64,000 nucleotides of DNA from Eledone cirrhosa (Eukaryota), in the NCBI GenBank assembly GCA_964016885.1, contig OZ024765.1:22010001-22074000 (forward strand), given 5' to 3'. How positions within the stretch are numbered: position 1 is the stretch's first letter; the number at the start of each line of letters is the position of its first letter. Below are positions 32,705 through 44,002 of the stretch, piece by piece. Made by a program: the position numbers and the translations under genes. The notes under the pieces were generated by a model. It was not told the DNA's origin, ran no database searches, and was given only the letters and a program-made list of their open reading frames with translations.

Positions 32705-32770
32705 CTTGAAAACCTCCCTACAATTACTCCTGTCTTTTTGTTTAATAAAACATTCAAAAGATGTCTCTAC
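32705..32770 (+). CDS. Candidate terminal exon of hemocyanin (5 coding nt CT-TGA plus short 3' UTR)
   Basis: Polypyrimidine acceptor TCTTCTTTTGTCTTTTCCAG ends at 32704. Joining to the phase-1 G at 6826 gives GCT TGA (…LPASA*). AATAAA at 32744-32749. Confidence 0.6.
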
Positions 32771-32940
32771 TGTAGTGTTTTAGTGAATGGTGATGGTTTA
32801 TAAGGAATCTTACAGATGCTATTTGGAAACAAACATTTCGCTGATATTCCAACTGCTTTATTATTTCTCGAAATAGCAATATATATTTTACGTTAATAAA
32901 TCTATCAACACTCCATCTGGCTTTCTTATTTTTTCTTAGT

Positions 32941-33665
32941 TTTGGTTCACCTTTTCTTTAACTCACCACTCCGCTCCATGTTTATATGTTTTTACGATCT
33001 ACTTGTAACAGACCTGCCAACCTCTAAAACCCCAAACAGGGAGTACCGTGAAAAAAGTGCCCCAAAATGGGGAGATTTTTACATAATGAAAGCTATACCT
33101 ATTTTCACAAGAGAAGACATCTCCCCCTTACCCCTTTCGGACGGGGAGAGTTGACAGGTCTATTGTAAATATAAACTTACAGATATGTTTTAGCCAATGA
33201 GGGTTACCTGAGGCATGGTTACTGATAGTTGAAAACTATACAGTTACAGATATGTTTATAAAATGGTTCACCTTTTCTTTATCTCACCGCCTCGCTCCAT
33301 GTTTGCATGTTTTTACAATCTACTTGTAAATATAAACTTACAGATATGTTTAGAAAATGGTTCATCTTTTCTTTATCTCACCGCCTCGCTCCATGTTTGC
33401 ATGTTTTTACAATCTACTTGTAAATATAAACTTACAGATATGTTTAGAAAATGGTTCACCTTTTCTTTATCTCACCGCCTCGCTCCATGTTTGCATGTTT
33501 TTACAATCTACTTGTAAATATAAACTTACAGATATGTTTATAAAATGGTTCACCTTTTCTTTATCTCACCACCTCGCTCCATGTTTGCATGTTTTTACAA
33601 TCTACTCGTAAATATAAACTTCCAGATATGTTTAGAAAATGGTTCACCTTTTCTTTATCTCACCA
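32941..33665. repeat. 94-bp tandem repeat (about 4.5 clean copies plus one interrupted copy)
   Basis: AAATGGTTCACCTTTTCTTTATCTCACCGCCTCGCTCCATG... recurs at 94-bp spacing (33263, 33357, ...). Confidence 0.9.
33009..33162. mobile_element. 154-bp MITE with 13-bp TIRs and a 6-bp TSD (hAT-like)
   Basis: TTGTAA|CAGACCTGCCAAC...GTTGACAGGTCTA|TTGTAA. The neighbouring uninterrupted repeat units contain a single TTGTAA. Confidence 0.75.
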
Positions 33666-33669
33666 CTTT

Positions 33670-33855
33670 GCTCTTAGCGTCCTGCTCCATGTGTTTCTGT
33701 CCCCCAGTCTCAGTTGGTTAGGTCAAACCCAGCTTGATCCCGATGGGTATCATCCAAGTCCTTTTTGGTCTTCCTGGACCTCTACTGCCTCCTGGATCAA
33801 CATTCACCACTTAGCTGATCCAGTCCTTACTGAGCTCGACATGGCCATACCAGTT
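33670..33855 (-). mobile_element. Degraded RTE LINE 3' remnant
   Basis: Minus strand reads WYGHVE...GSRGPGRPKRTW...DRNTW. Confidence 0.6.
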
Positions 33856-34193
33856 CATGTGTCTCGTTTGATAGTAGAAACTAATTTGAAGCTGTATATA
33901 TATGTTGCCACCCTCAAGAAACACATAGACAAGTGCAAGAACAGAAATAAAGATATAACAGCTATGAAGCCAGGGATAGGAATACTGGCAATGGCGGCAT
34001 AAAAGAATTTATAATAATAGCAAAACTGAAACCCCAAATCAACAACAGACTAGAACTCAACACCCAGTGGCTAACATAGACTTACACAGTACAGCACTTC
34101 AAAAATAGATACAACCATAGCTTAGATAACATGCCGCATTAATTATTTCATTATCATTAACATCCAAACTTAATTATGTCATTTCTACATAAT

Positions 34194-34385
34194 TGTTTCT
34201 ACTTTTAGGCACAGGGCCAGCAATTACCCCAATGCATTACTGGTACTTTATTTTATCGACCCCATAAGGATGAAAGGCAAAGTTAACCTCGGTGGGATTT
34301 GAACTCAGAATGGCAAGGGCCGTAACTCTATGCGTCAAAGCATGGCATCCGACCCTCTACCGATACTGCCAATCCATCGCCTTCC
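34194..34385 (-). mobile_element. tRNA-derived SINE with 18-bp TSD
   Basis: A-box TGGCAGTATCGG and B-box GAGTTCAAATCC on the minus strand, with core CCTTTCATCCTTA.GGGGTCGATAAAATAAAGTACCAG. ATGTCATTTCTACATAAT is duplicated at 34176 and 34386. Confidence 0.85.
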
Positions 34386-34756
34386 ATGTCATTTCTACAT
34401 AATATAAGAGATGTTTGTTGGTTCCTTCGCGCTCACTCACACAAGTGATACAAACACACAGCCACTGTGTGTAACCAGTCCGCTACACACACTCAAGTAT
34501 GACGAATCTTGGAATTCTATAGTCCCCCCCTCCTCCCCTCCCCCCATCTCTAGTGTGTAACAGTCAATTCCACAAGGCAGATCATTAACATCCAGTGTTA
34601 ATTATTTCATTAACAATATAATCAACAATTCATACATATTTTAAAAAAAGAATTAAAAGAAATTAAAAACTTTCAAATTCACTTTATTTAATTTTTAAAT
34701 TCAATTTTTTTTTCAAAACTAAAAGAAATGAATAAAAAAAAATAAAAAAAATAATA

Positions 34757-34975
34757 ATAGTTTCTGATTTAGGCACAAGGCCAGCAATTTTTTTTTGAGG
34801 GGGTGGAGGGGAAAGTCGATCAAATCGACCCCAGTGTATTACTGGTACTTTATTTTATCGACCCCCGTAAGGATGAAAGGTAAAGCTAACCTTGGCAGGA
34901 TTTGAACTCATAACGTAAAGGGACGCAACTGTATTCTGAAGAGCTTGATATCTGACGCTCTACCGATTGTGCTCA
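34757..34975 (-). mobile_element. tRNA-derived SINE (same family)
   Basis: Same B-box and core as the copy at 34194. Confidence 0.8.
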
Positions 34976-35184
34976 TCAGGCCAGCGTGTGTATCTCTGGT
35001 GGTTTCACTGGAATTTCATTGAATGAAAATGCAAGTGGAAGACTCCCCCCCTCACCTGGAGAAGACGCTAGTCCTTCTTCACAGAATTTTCCTCCCACTG
35101 CTGCCACTGATTTTACCAGCCGAATCGAATGGAATGAAGTGTCAAATTCAGAGAGAAACAATACAAGAATCGAACCGACATTAA

Positions 35185-35380
35185 CCCTTTAGCATTTAAA
35201 CCGGCTGTAACTGGCCAGAATTCTCTCACATCTTTCTGTTCAAACCGGCCATAATTGGCTGCTCATACTTATGTCAAGGTATTGTTCTCAAAATAAATAA
35301 CATCGAAATTTCATAGATTCGATATTATGTGAGAAAAAGACTTTACCATGAAAATATAATAGTAAATATAGAGTAAAGGG
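35185..35380. mobile_element. Monomeric TTAA-flanked piggyBac-type MITE (single internal unit)
   Basis: TTAA|CCCTTTAGCATTTAAACCGG...GAGTAAAGGG|TTAA. Confidence 0.8.
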
Positions 35381-35762
35381 TTAAAACTCTGAGTCCAACA
35401 CCATAACCACTTGGAACTGTTTTTTTTTTTTGTCTTTTAACCCTTTAAAATTTACATTACTCTATATTTACTATTGTATCTCCACATACATTCACACACA
35501 TATATACACACACATGCATTCACACACACACGCACACGCATTCACCCACCCACATACACGCATTCACATACACACACACACACACACACATATTCACACA
35601 CACACACTGCTAAAAAAAAATGTCTTTTTTTTTTTCTTCTGGAAAAATCCATTTGTTTAAAAAAAAAAAAAAAATTGTTTGAGAAAAATCAATCAAATCA
35701 AAAAAAAAAAACCCCCAATAAATCAATAAATTTGATCAATTGATTAATTGAGTTCAATAAGT

Positions 35763-37109
35763 TCAGGAACTTTCGTCGGAGCTGCTGTCAGATCCGAAGA
35801 TCTCTTCTTCGTCTTTCTTGTTATCAGTTTCTCCATCGTTATCCCCGTCGCTGTCAGATCCGAAGATCTCTTCTTCATCCTCTTCCTTCTTCTTTTTCTT
35901 TGTCACTTCCTCCTCTTCCTCTTCTTCTTCTTCCTCTTCTTCTTCTTCTTCATCCTCTTCTTCTTCTTCTTCTGCTTCCTCCTCCTCCCCCTCCTCCTCC
36001 TTATTTCTGTCCTTTTTCTTCTTTTCGTCGCTGCTGTCGTCGCCGCCGCTGTCGTCTTCTTCTTCTTCTTCTTCCATTTCTTCTCCCTCCTCTTCTCCTC
36101 CTCCTCCTCCTCCTTCTTCCTCTTCTTCAGCTTCACTTTCGCTGCTCGAACCAAAGATGGCTTCCTTGTCCTTCTTGTCCACTGCTGCCCCGCTGTCGCT
36201 CTCAGCCTCACTCCCGCTGCCACTGGCCCCGCCTTTCCTCTTCTTCTCCTCCTCCTCCTCCTCCTCTTCTTCATCTTCCTCCTGGCCTCCTTTCTCTCCT
36301 ACTTCTGCCCTCTTTCTCTTTCTCCTCTTCTTCTTCTTCTTCTTTCCCTCTTCCCCCTCCCCATCTTCGCTCCCGCTACTCGCGACGCCGCTGCCGCTGC
36401 CACTGCTGGCGCTGCGCTTGCTCTTCTTGCTGCTTCCCCCGCTACTGCTGCCACTGCCACCACCAGACTTGACGCTCTCGTTGTCGCTGCTCTCCCCCCC
36501 TTGCTCGCTGCCCTCTGCAGACTTCTTGTCCTCGTCTCCCTTCGTCGAGCCCCCTTCCTCCTCTACCTCCTCCTTTGCAGAGCCCTCCTCCTTTGCAGAG
36601 CCCTCCTCTTCGTCCTCGTTCTCCTCCTCCTCCTCCTCCTCCTCCTGCTGAGGCTCCAACATGGTCAGGCGGACGTTCTGCGCGGCCACCTCCTTGTCGT
36701 AGAGGTCGCGATGCTTCACGATCAGCCGCGACTTGGCCACCAGGGCGGTTCCAGCCCCTTGCTTTCGTCGTTTGCTCAGGCGTACGCGCGTCTCCAGCTC
36801 GTTGTAGTAGACGACGTCGTCTCGGAAGATGAAGAAGTACGTCTCTTCGTAGCCTTTCGACAGTTTGTTCTTGACGTTCCAGTTGTACTCTCGGGCGAGA
36901 GTGTAGTCGTAGAAGTCGTCCGGCTGGTAGAGCACGTCTTCCGTCTGGTCGCGCTTCCTCTTGTTACACGTCTCCTCCGTCGGTAGGAAGTACGCCACAA
37001 ACTGCTCCCCGCTCTCGTCGACAGCACCTCGGATCATAGCTTGTGACATCTCCTCGGCTTGGATGGTGGGATTTTGTGCCTTCGGAGCAGGATCGGAATC
37101 AAATATCAC
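35763..37109 (-). CDS. PAF1: RNA polymerase II-associated factor 1, last coding exon
   Basis: CAG acceptor at 37110-37112. VIFDSDPAP...[21 protein letters not shown]...[20 protein letters not shown]...[15 protein letters not shown], then a long acidic/Ser tail and TGA at 35763. Confidence 0.95.
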   Translation of the reverse strand: MIFDSDPAPKAQNPTIQAEEMSQAMIRGAVDESGEQFVAYFLPTEETCNKRKRDQTEDVLYQPDDFYDYTLAREYNWNVKNKLSKGYEETYFFIFRDDVVYYNELETRVRLSKRRKQGAGTALVAKSRLIVKHRDLYDKEVAAQNVRLTMLEPQQEEEEEEEENEDEEEGSAKEEGSAKEEVEEEGGSTKGDEDKKSAEGSEQGGESSDNESVKSGGGSGSSSGGSSKKSKRSASSGSGSGVASSGSEDGEGEEGKKKKKKRRKRKRAEVGEKGGQEEDEEEEEEEEEKKRKGGASGSGSEAESDSGAAVDKKDKEAIFGSSSESEAEEEEEGGGGGGEEEGEEMEEEEEEDDSGGDDSSDEKKKKDRNKEEEGEEEEAEEEEEEDEEEEEEEEEEEEEEEVTKKKKKEEDEEEIFGSDSDGDNDGETDNKKDEEEIFGSDSSSDESS

Positions 37110-37209
37110 CTGGATAAACAAACAAGAAGACAGAGTTACCACTTTACATCGTCTAATAATCTATCAGAGAATATATTTAAAAAAACAGGTCCCTTCATTC
37201 AAATGTTTA

Positions 37210-37710
37210 TATTAAAGTCTTTACTGTAATACTGTAAATATTCACAACAATCTGTCCACCAGTAAAGATACTATAAACATTTAGTACAAAACAACACTAT
37301 GACTACATCACATTAAGTATTAAAGTCTTTACTGTAATACTGTAAATTTTCACTACAATCTGTCGACCAGTAAAGATACTATAAACATTTAGTACAAAAC
37401 AACACTATGACTACATCACATTAAATATTAAAGTCTTTACTGTAATACTGTAAATATTCACAACAATCTGTCCACCAGTAAAGATACTATAAACATTTAG
37501 TACAAAACAACACTATGACTACATCACATTAAATATTAAAGTCTTTACTGTAATACTGTAAATTTTCACTACAATCTGTCGACCAGTAAAGATACTATAA
37601 ACATTTAGTACAAAACAACACTATGACTACATCACATGAAATATTAAAGTCTTTACTGTAATACTGTAAATATTCACAACAATCTGTTCACCAGTAAAGA
37701 TACTGTGTAG
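37210..37710. repeat. 108-bp tandem repeat, about 4.6 copies, ABABA variant order, in the PAF1 intron
   Basis: TATTAAAGTCTTTACTG recurs at 37210, 37318, 37426 and onward. Confidence 0.9.
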
Positions 37711-37739
37711 CCTTAGTGTTGCTTTGTACTAAATCTTTA

Positions 37740-38805
37740 TAGAAATATGGTAATGAAAGGGTTAAAGACATAGACAGTGTCTTTCATTAGAAATATGGCA
37801 ATGAAAGGGTTAAAGACATGGACAGTGTCTTTCATTAGAAATATGGTAATGAAAGGGTTAATGACATAGACAGTGTCTTTCATTAGAAATATGGTAATGA
37901 AAGGGTTAAAGACATAGACAGTGTCTTTCATTAGAAATATGGTAATGAAAGGTTTAAAGACATAGACAGTGTCTTTCATTAGAAATATGGTAATGAAAGG
38001 GTTAATGACATAGGTAGTGTCTTTCATTAGAAATATGATAATGAAAGGGTTAAAGACATAGACTGTGTCTTTCATTAGAAATATGGTAATGAAAGGATTA
38101 ATGACATAGACAGTGTCATACATTAGAAATATAGTAATGAAAGGGTTAATGACATAGTGTCTTTCATTAGAAATATGGTAATGAAAGGGTTAATGACATA
38201 GACAGTGTCTTTCATTAGAAATATGGTAATGAAAGGGTTAATGACATAGACAGTGTCTTTCATTAAAAATATGGTAATGAAAGGGTTAATGACATAGGCA
38301 GTGTCTTACATTAGAAATATAGTAATGAAAGGGTTAATGACATAGACAGTGTCTTTTATTAGAAATATGGTAATGAAAGGGTTAATGACATAGACAGTGT
38401 CTTTCATTAGAAATATGGTAATGAAAGGGTTAATGACATATACAGTGTCTTTCATTAGAAATATGGTAATGAAAGGGTTAATGACATAGGCAGTGTCTTA
38501 CATTAGAAATATAGTAATGAAAGGGTTAATGACATAGACAGTGTCTTTCATTAGAAATATGGTAATGAAAGGGTTAATGACATAGACAGTGTCTTTCATT
38601 AGAAATATGGTAATGAAAGGGTTAATGACATAGACAGTGTCTTTCATTAGAAATATGGTAATGAAAGGGTTAATGACATAGACAGTGTCTTTTATTAGAA
38701 ATATGGTAATGAAAGGGTTAATGACATAGACAGTGTCTTTCATTAGAAATATGGTAATGAAAGGGTTAATGACATAGACACTGTCTTTCATTAGAAATAT
38801 GGTAA
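37740..38805. repeat. 48-bp tandem repeat, about 22 copies, in the PAF1 intron
   Basis: Unit AGAAATATGGTAATGAAAGGGTTAATGACATAGACAGTGTCTTTCATT. Confidence 0.95.
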
Positions 38806-38838
38806 CAAGGTAACCACATATTTGACCAGAAGGACATG

Positions 38839-38872
<34 letters not shown>

Positions 38873-38960
38873 CTGTATCAATAATAGTAGTAGTGGTAGT
38901 ACTTGTAGCAGTAGTAGTGGTGGTAGTGTATGAAGTGGTAAATATTAAATAACCCCTTAC

Positions 38961-39614
38961 CTGAGCAAAAGGATGTTTCCAGAGATCAAAATCAGGAAAT
39001 ACTGGTAGGATCTCTACAGGGGTCACTCCGGGTTTACTGTAATGCTTAGTGACGGCGGCTTTAGCATTTTCAAAAGTCTTTTCAATGGCTTTAATTTGAC
39101 TATCACGATCCTTATATAGATCTTCTTCCCTCATAATTTGTTTCAGCTTGAAGCCGACCTTTGTTTCATGTTTGTCAGACTTCTGTGTGAATCTGTTGTA
39201 TTCTGTTGATATATACTCAGTCTTACGTAACCAAGACACTGAAGTATTGTGGTGACGGGACCGCCGGGAGTCATGTAACGTGCTGATCTCCTCTTCGAGG
39301 AGTCTTTCGTCTTCTGAGTCAGCGTAGACGTTCGGGCTCAACTTGTACGTCTCTGGGTTGATCAGGTCAATTGTGACCCCGAGGTCGTGTTCTGTGAGCA
39401 TGTCATATTTATAGGTCCGTTCCAGAGATGTAGGCTTATACTGGATGAAGCGGTTCGACTCAAACGGGTATGTGATGAACTTGGGGTCAAAAGGAATGTC
39501 AGGGAGAGTGTTGTTGTACTTGACACGACACACCAGCTCAGATCTTTTCTCGACCACATTACGGTTCTTCCTGTCTCGCTCCTCCCTGGGGCCAGTCTGC
39601 ACTGTGGGAGCCAT
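38961..39614 (-). CDS. PAF1: RNA polymerase II-associated factor 1, first coding exon
   Basis: MAPTVQT...[38 protein letters not shown]...[16 protein letters not shown]...[21 protein letters not shown] donor at 38960 is in phase 0 with the next exon, giving a 666-aa protein. A poly-T...TAG acceptor at 39651 implies an upstream non-coding exon. Confidence 0.95.
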
Positions 39615-39910
39615 CTTCAACAGTTAATAGTCCTCTTTAAAATGTTTCGGCTACAAGAAAAAAAAAAAAAAAAAAAATTTTTTTAAATACATCATCATCA
39701 TCGTTTAACATCCACTTTACCTGTTTGCAAGGGTTGGACAGGTCTACATAGTCAGCACTAAAGCGGAGCTACAGACCTCCATACAGGCCGAGGGATCTGT
39801 ATCTTACAGGGTGTGAGTCATTATTTAACCCTTTAGCATTTAAACCGGCCATATCTGGCCAGAATCTCTCACCTCTTTCTGTTTAAACCAGCCATAACTA
39901 GCTGCTCATC

Positions 39911-40078
39911 AGTAGAGGGTCGGTCACCATGCTTTCTAGCATAGTTACGTCCCTTCACGTTCTGAGTTCAAATCCCGCTGAGGTTAACTTTGCCTTTCAT
40001 CCTTACGGGGTCGATAAAATAAAGTACCAGTAATATACTGGGTTATTGCTGGTCTTGTGCCAAAAGTAAAAATAATTA
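39911..40078 (+). mobile_element. tRNA-derived SINE inserted in the MITE left arm
   Basis: GAGTTCAAATCCC B-box and family core. It interrupts sequence that is contiguous in the 35185 copy. Confidence 0.8.
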
Positions 40079-40562
40079 TGTTAAGGTATTGTTCTCAAAA
40101 TAAATAATATCAAAATCTCATAGATTCGATATTATGTGAGGTAAAGACTTTACTGTGAAAATACAATAGTATATATAGAGTAATGTAAATGTTATGTGAG
40201 ATATTATGTGAGGTAAAGACTTTACTGTGAAAATACAATAGTATATATAGAGTAATGTAAATGTTATGTGAGATATTATGTGAGGTAAAGCCTTTACTGT
40301 GAAAATACAATAGTATATATAGAGTGGTTTCTTTATTTGCCACTAGGGCACAAAAGGTAGGGACAGATACAAGGGGGGAAGTTTACATATAATTAACGAG
40401 TACAAAAATATAACAATGAAATAACAACAACAAACGAAGTCCTCAATAGGGAGGGGGCATTAACATGGGTCGCACACACCCCAGAAAAAATGTGCAACCC
40501 TTCTCCTCAGGAGCACAAAGAGTAGGTGCTTCCTTCGTCTCCTCTTTTTCCTCTTCTTTCAT

Positions 40563-43500
40563 CTACAGGCTGATATAGAGAGAAGACCCATTCACTCTGG
40601 CCATTCTCCCTACTTTCACCCACCTTTCATAAAACTTGCTGGGGTAGAGCACCTCTCTCTCCATTCTGATCCTTCTTTTAAAATGGTATTTGAAAAAGGG
40701 GACCAGTTGTTGGCCGGAGAGAAAGGTGTCTAACCTCAGCCCTTTCAGCCTCGTCCACCATACAACTTCTTTAGCCATGGCTATCACACAGAGAAAAACT
40801 GCCTCTCCTTCGTTTTTGAAAGGGGGAGGCGGTTTGATCGTGACAATGGACTCGGTGGTCAACCGGATTGGTCCCACCCTCGACAGTAGTCGTTCCACAT
40901 AGCCCCACAGGTCAGCAATGCCTGGGCAGTCTACGAATGCGTGCGCAACGGTTTCGTCATCATGCACGCATCTCGGACAGATCTTATTCAAAGGATCTCT
41001 ACCCAGGCTCCCATGCCTGTGGAGCTTGTCTCGAACGGGTAGAGCCCCTCGGTAGCACTGCCAAGCCAGGGACTTTTGGAAGTTGTCCATCGGTCCAGGG
41101 CCAAACGTCCTACCGAACAGACTGGCCAGTTCATCTTCCTCCATGCCTAGAGCTTCTCCGAGAGCATCGTCGCACCTGCTGTGTACCAACCCTCTATAGA
41201 ATGTCGAGGTGGAGTCTCCACTGATTGCCGGGTCCGCTTTCCAGAGGGCCGTGAGCGCCTGGGCACATTCAATGTGCCAGTCGCCCACTTTTCTCGGTCT
41301 TTGCTTGACCCAGGATTGCAGCTCGGTGAGCGAGACGAGTCTGGGAAAGGCTCGCCTCACAAACGGGGCCCACACCGGTTGACCGGTGAGGAATACCTGG
41401 AGGTGCCGTAGCCTTAATGCATGTTTACGCATCTGTAGCCACGGCATCCCCAGCCCTCCTTTCGAAGGGTGTTGACAGCAGATGGATCTCCTCACCAAAG
41501 AAATTGGAACAGCGCGCACTCCATTTTGGCGAGTCTTTTCACTGGGCAAGGCACGACGGTCAAGCGGTAGTAGATGACGGATGCTATATAAGTATTCGCC
41601 ACCTCCGCTCGACCTTTCAGGGATAGTTTGCACTGGGCCCACTTCTGGGTGAGTGCAAACACCCTGGCCGTTACCTCGTTCCAGTTTTTCTCCACCTGGA
41701 GGTCTGGTCCGAACCAGACCCCAAGCAGCTTCACCGGGCCCTCCGTCCAGCGTCCGACGACGTCGTTGGAGGGCATCGGTTTGCCTCTCCATGTTCCGAG
41801 TTGCAAACTGACGGACTTGTCCCGGTTCAGCTTGGCTCCTGTAAACCTTTCATATTCCTCCAGTAAGGTGCTGATCTCACCGATTTACGAGGTTTTCGAC
41901 ACCATTACTGTCACGTCATCGGCGTAGGCCGACGCCGCTTTCTGCAATCCCGGTTCCAAAGGGATGCCCTGCAACCGCTCCAACTTCCGCAGTAGTGGCT
42001 CAAGAGCACATACAGTAGGGAGGAGAGAGGGCATCCCTGTCGGATGGATCGCATGATTTGGAACGGCTCCGAGAGGTGGCCGTTCACCTTGACCCTTGAG
42101 CAGACGTTGCTGCTGTGCATCGCAGCAATCCAACCCCTGAAAACAGGTCCGAAGCCTGCCGCCGCGAGCACCGCATCCAGGTAACGATAGTCAACCCTAT
42201 CGAAAGCTTTAGATTGATCCAAGTTGATCAGGGCCCCACCAAAGCCGGGTTCATTCCCTACCCTCTCTATGATGTATCGCATAAGGTGGAGATTGTCGTG
42301 AATGGACCTGGACGGGATTGCGCATGTCTGCGCTTCTCCCACCAGGTTTCCAACGACAAGCACCAACCTCTTCGCTAACACCTTGGCCAAAATCTTTAAC
42401 TCTGTATTTAGCAGAGTTATGGGCCTGAAGTTACTTATGTCATCCCCCTTGTTCTCATCCTTCCTCACCAGCGTAACTACGCCCTTGGTCACAGAACTGG
42501 GAATTCACCCGTTCAGATGCCAGTTGCAGTAGACCGCTTCGAGGATATCGGAGAACAAGTCCGGCATCGCTACATATAGCTCGTATGGTAGACCATCGAG
42601 ACCTGGGGATTTACGTTTGCCGCATTGGCTCAGCGCCGCCCCTATCTCAGCAGCTGAAATCGTCCTTTCGCAGGACTTCGCCTCCGCGTCCGAGAGGCGC
42701 GGCAGACCGTCGAGGTATGGATTGAAATCCATAGTCTCACCCGGCGCGCCGCCCCTCTCGAACAGTCGTGCAAAGTGCCGCTGAAAGGCCGCACACATCT
42801 GCCCAGGTTCAAGGATCACACGCCCATCCTGGTCCTTCAAAGACCGAATCGTGGACTTGTTCCCACTTTTTGCCTCTGTCACTCGGGCCCAGCTCACAGC
42901 TTTGGCTCCCTCATTACCCAGAGCACGTATTTTACTCCTGACAACGCAGCCTTCATGCTTCACCTCAAAGAACTGGTCTAAGGCCATTCTTGATGCCAGC
43001 ACGCCGGCTACATTGCCACTCCTAATCGCCTCTTCTACTCTATCTACTAATTCCCTTTCCGTCTTGTTCCTATCCCTTGCTAATTCCTGACTAAAACCTA
43101 TCGATTCTATTCTAATTGCTCTCTTAAGAGAGCTCCACCACCTGTTGTTGACAATTGCCCCTGTCAAACTCTGCTTAACTAACGTGCTAATCCGTTTACT
43201 GTAAGCTTTGCTTCTCGGTAAGGACAAGTTCAGCTTCCAGTAACCGGGTCCCTGTCTATGGGTTCTATCAAGGTTGGCTATGCAGGTCACTAACTTGTGA
43301 TCCGAATAGTCAACCATGAACATTTTTGGACAGCTAAATGTGTCGCTATCCTTCTCTCTAACTAGGACCCTATCTAGGTACGACCTAGATGTTCCGCTGC
43401 GATTGGTCCACGTCCATAGTGGTACAGTCGGAAAATCTAGTCGATATCTATCGGCCAGGTCAAATCGGCCGATTAACCTTTTGAGGCTTTTACACCCCCC

Positions 43501-43981
43501 TCTATTGGCACATGCCCCTACATAGTCCCAACGTGCATCCAGGATACCATTCCAGTCCCCCACTAAAAGCAAGGAGCGGGACGTTCCCAGAAAAGTTTCC
43601 AGACGTTGGAAGTATTCCGGTCGCGCTGCCCAAAAAGGGGCGTACACAGCTATTAGTCTAAGGGCTCCACTTTCACTACTGCCGACGTCTAAAACCACCA
43701 GTCGACCCTCCGGGTCCAGGTGCATCTTCTGTATGGCGAGGCCCAGGTGTTTTCGCAGCAGAACGACAACTCCACCCCCACCCCCCGGTTGACAGAGAGA
43801 TGCGAAGATCTCAAAGTCGTCGAAGAGGGGCGCCAGTTGGTGCTCGCTGCTGATCCTGGACTCGCAAATAGCCATTACCTACATCCATTCTATGCGACCT
43901 GAGATCGTTTAAAAGTTTGCCTTGTTTCCAAGACAGTCCCAGGCCGCGTACATTCAGACACCCAACTTTTATATCAGCCAT
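40563..43981 (-). pseudogene. Disrupted ORF2 (APE endonuclease plus RT) of copy 1
   Basis: Relative to copy 2: 4-bp insertion near 43877, TGA at 42505, 4-bp deletion near 42006, TAA at 41885 and a 19-bp deletion near 41500. Confidence 0.9.
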
Positions 43982-44002
43982 GTTGGTTAAAAGAGGAAGG
44001 AC

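Noticed and set aside
32705-35760. A further hemocyanin unit (FU-h) after the satellite
   Set aside because: No copper-site motifs appear in any listed ORF before the PAF1 3' end.
35748-36986. Plus-strand Phe/Leu/Ser-rich ORFs
   Set aside because: Antisense shadows of the low-complexity PAF1 tail.
37210-38805. CRISPR-like appearance of regular repeats
   Set aside because: There are no unique spacers and no cas genes, and the context is a eukaryotic intron.
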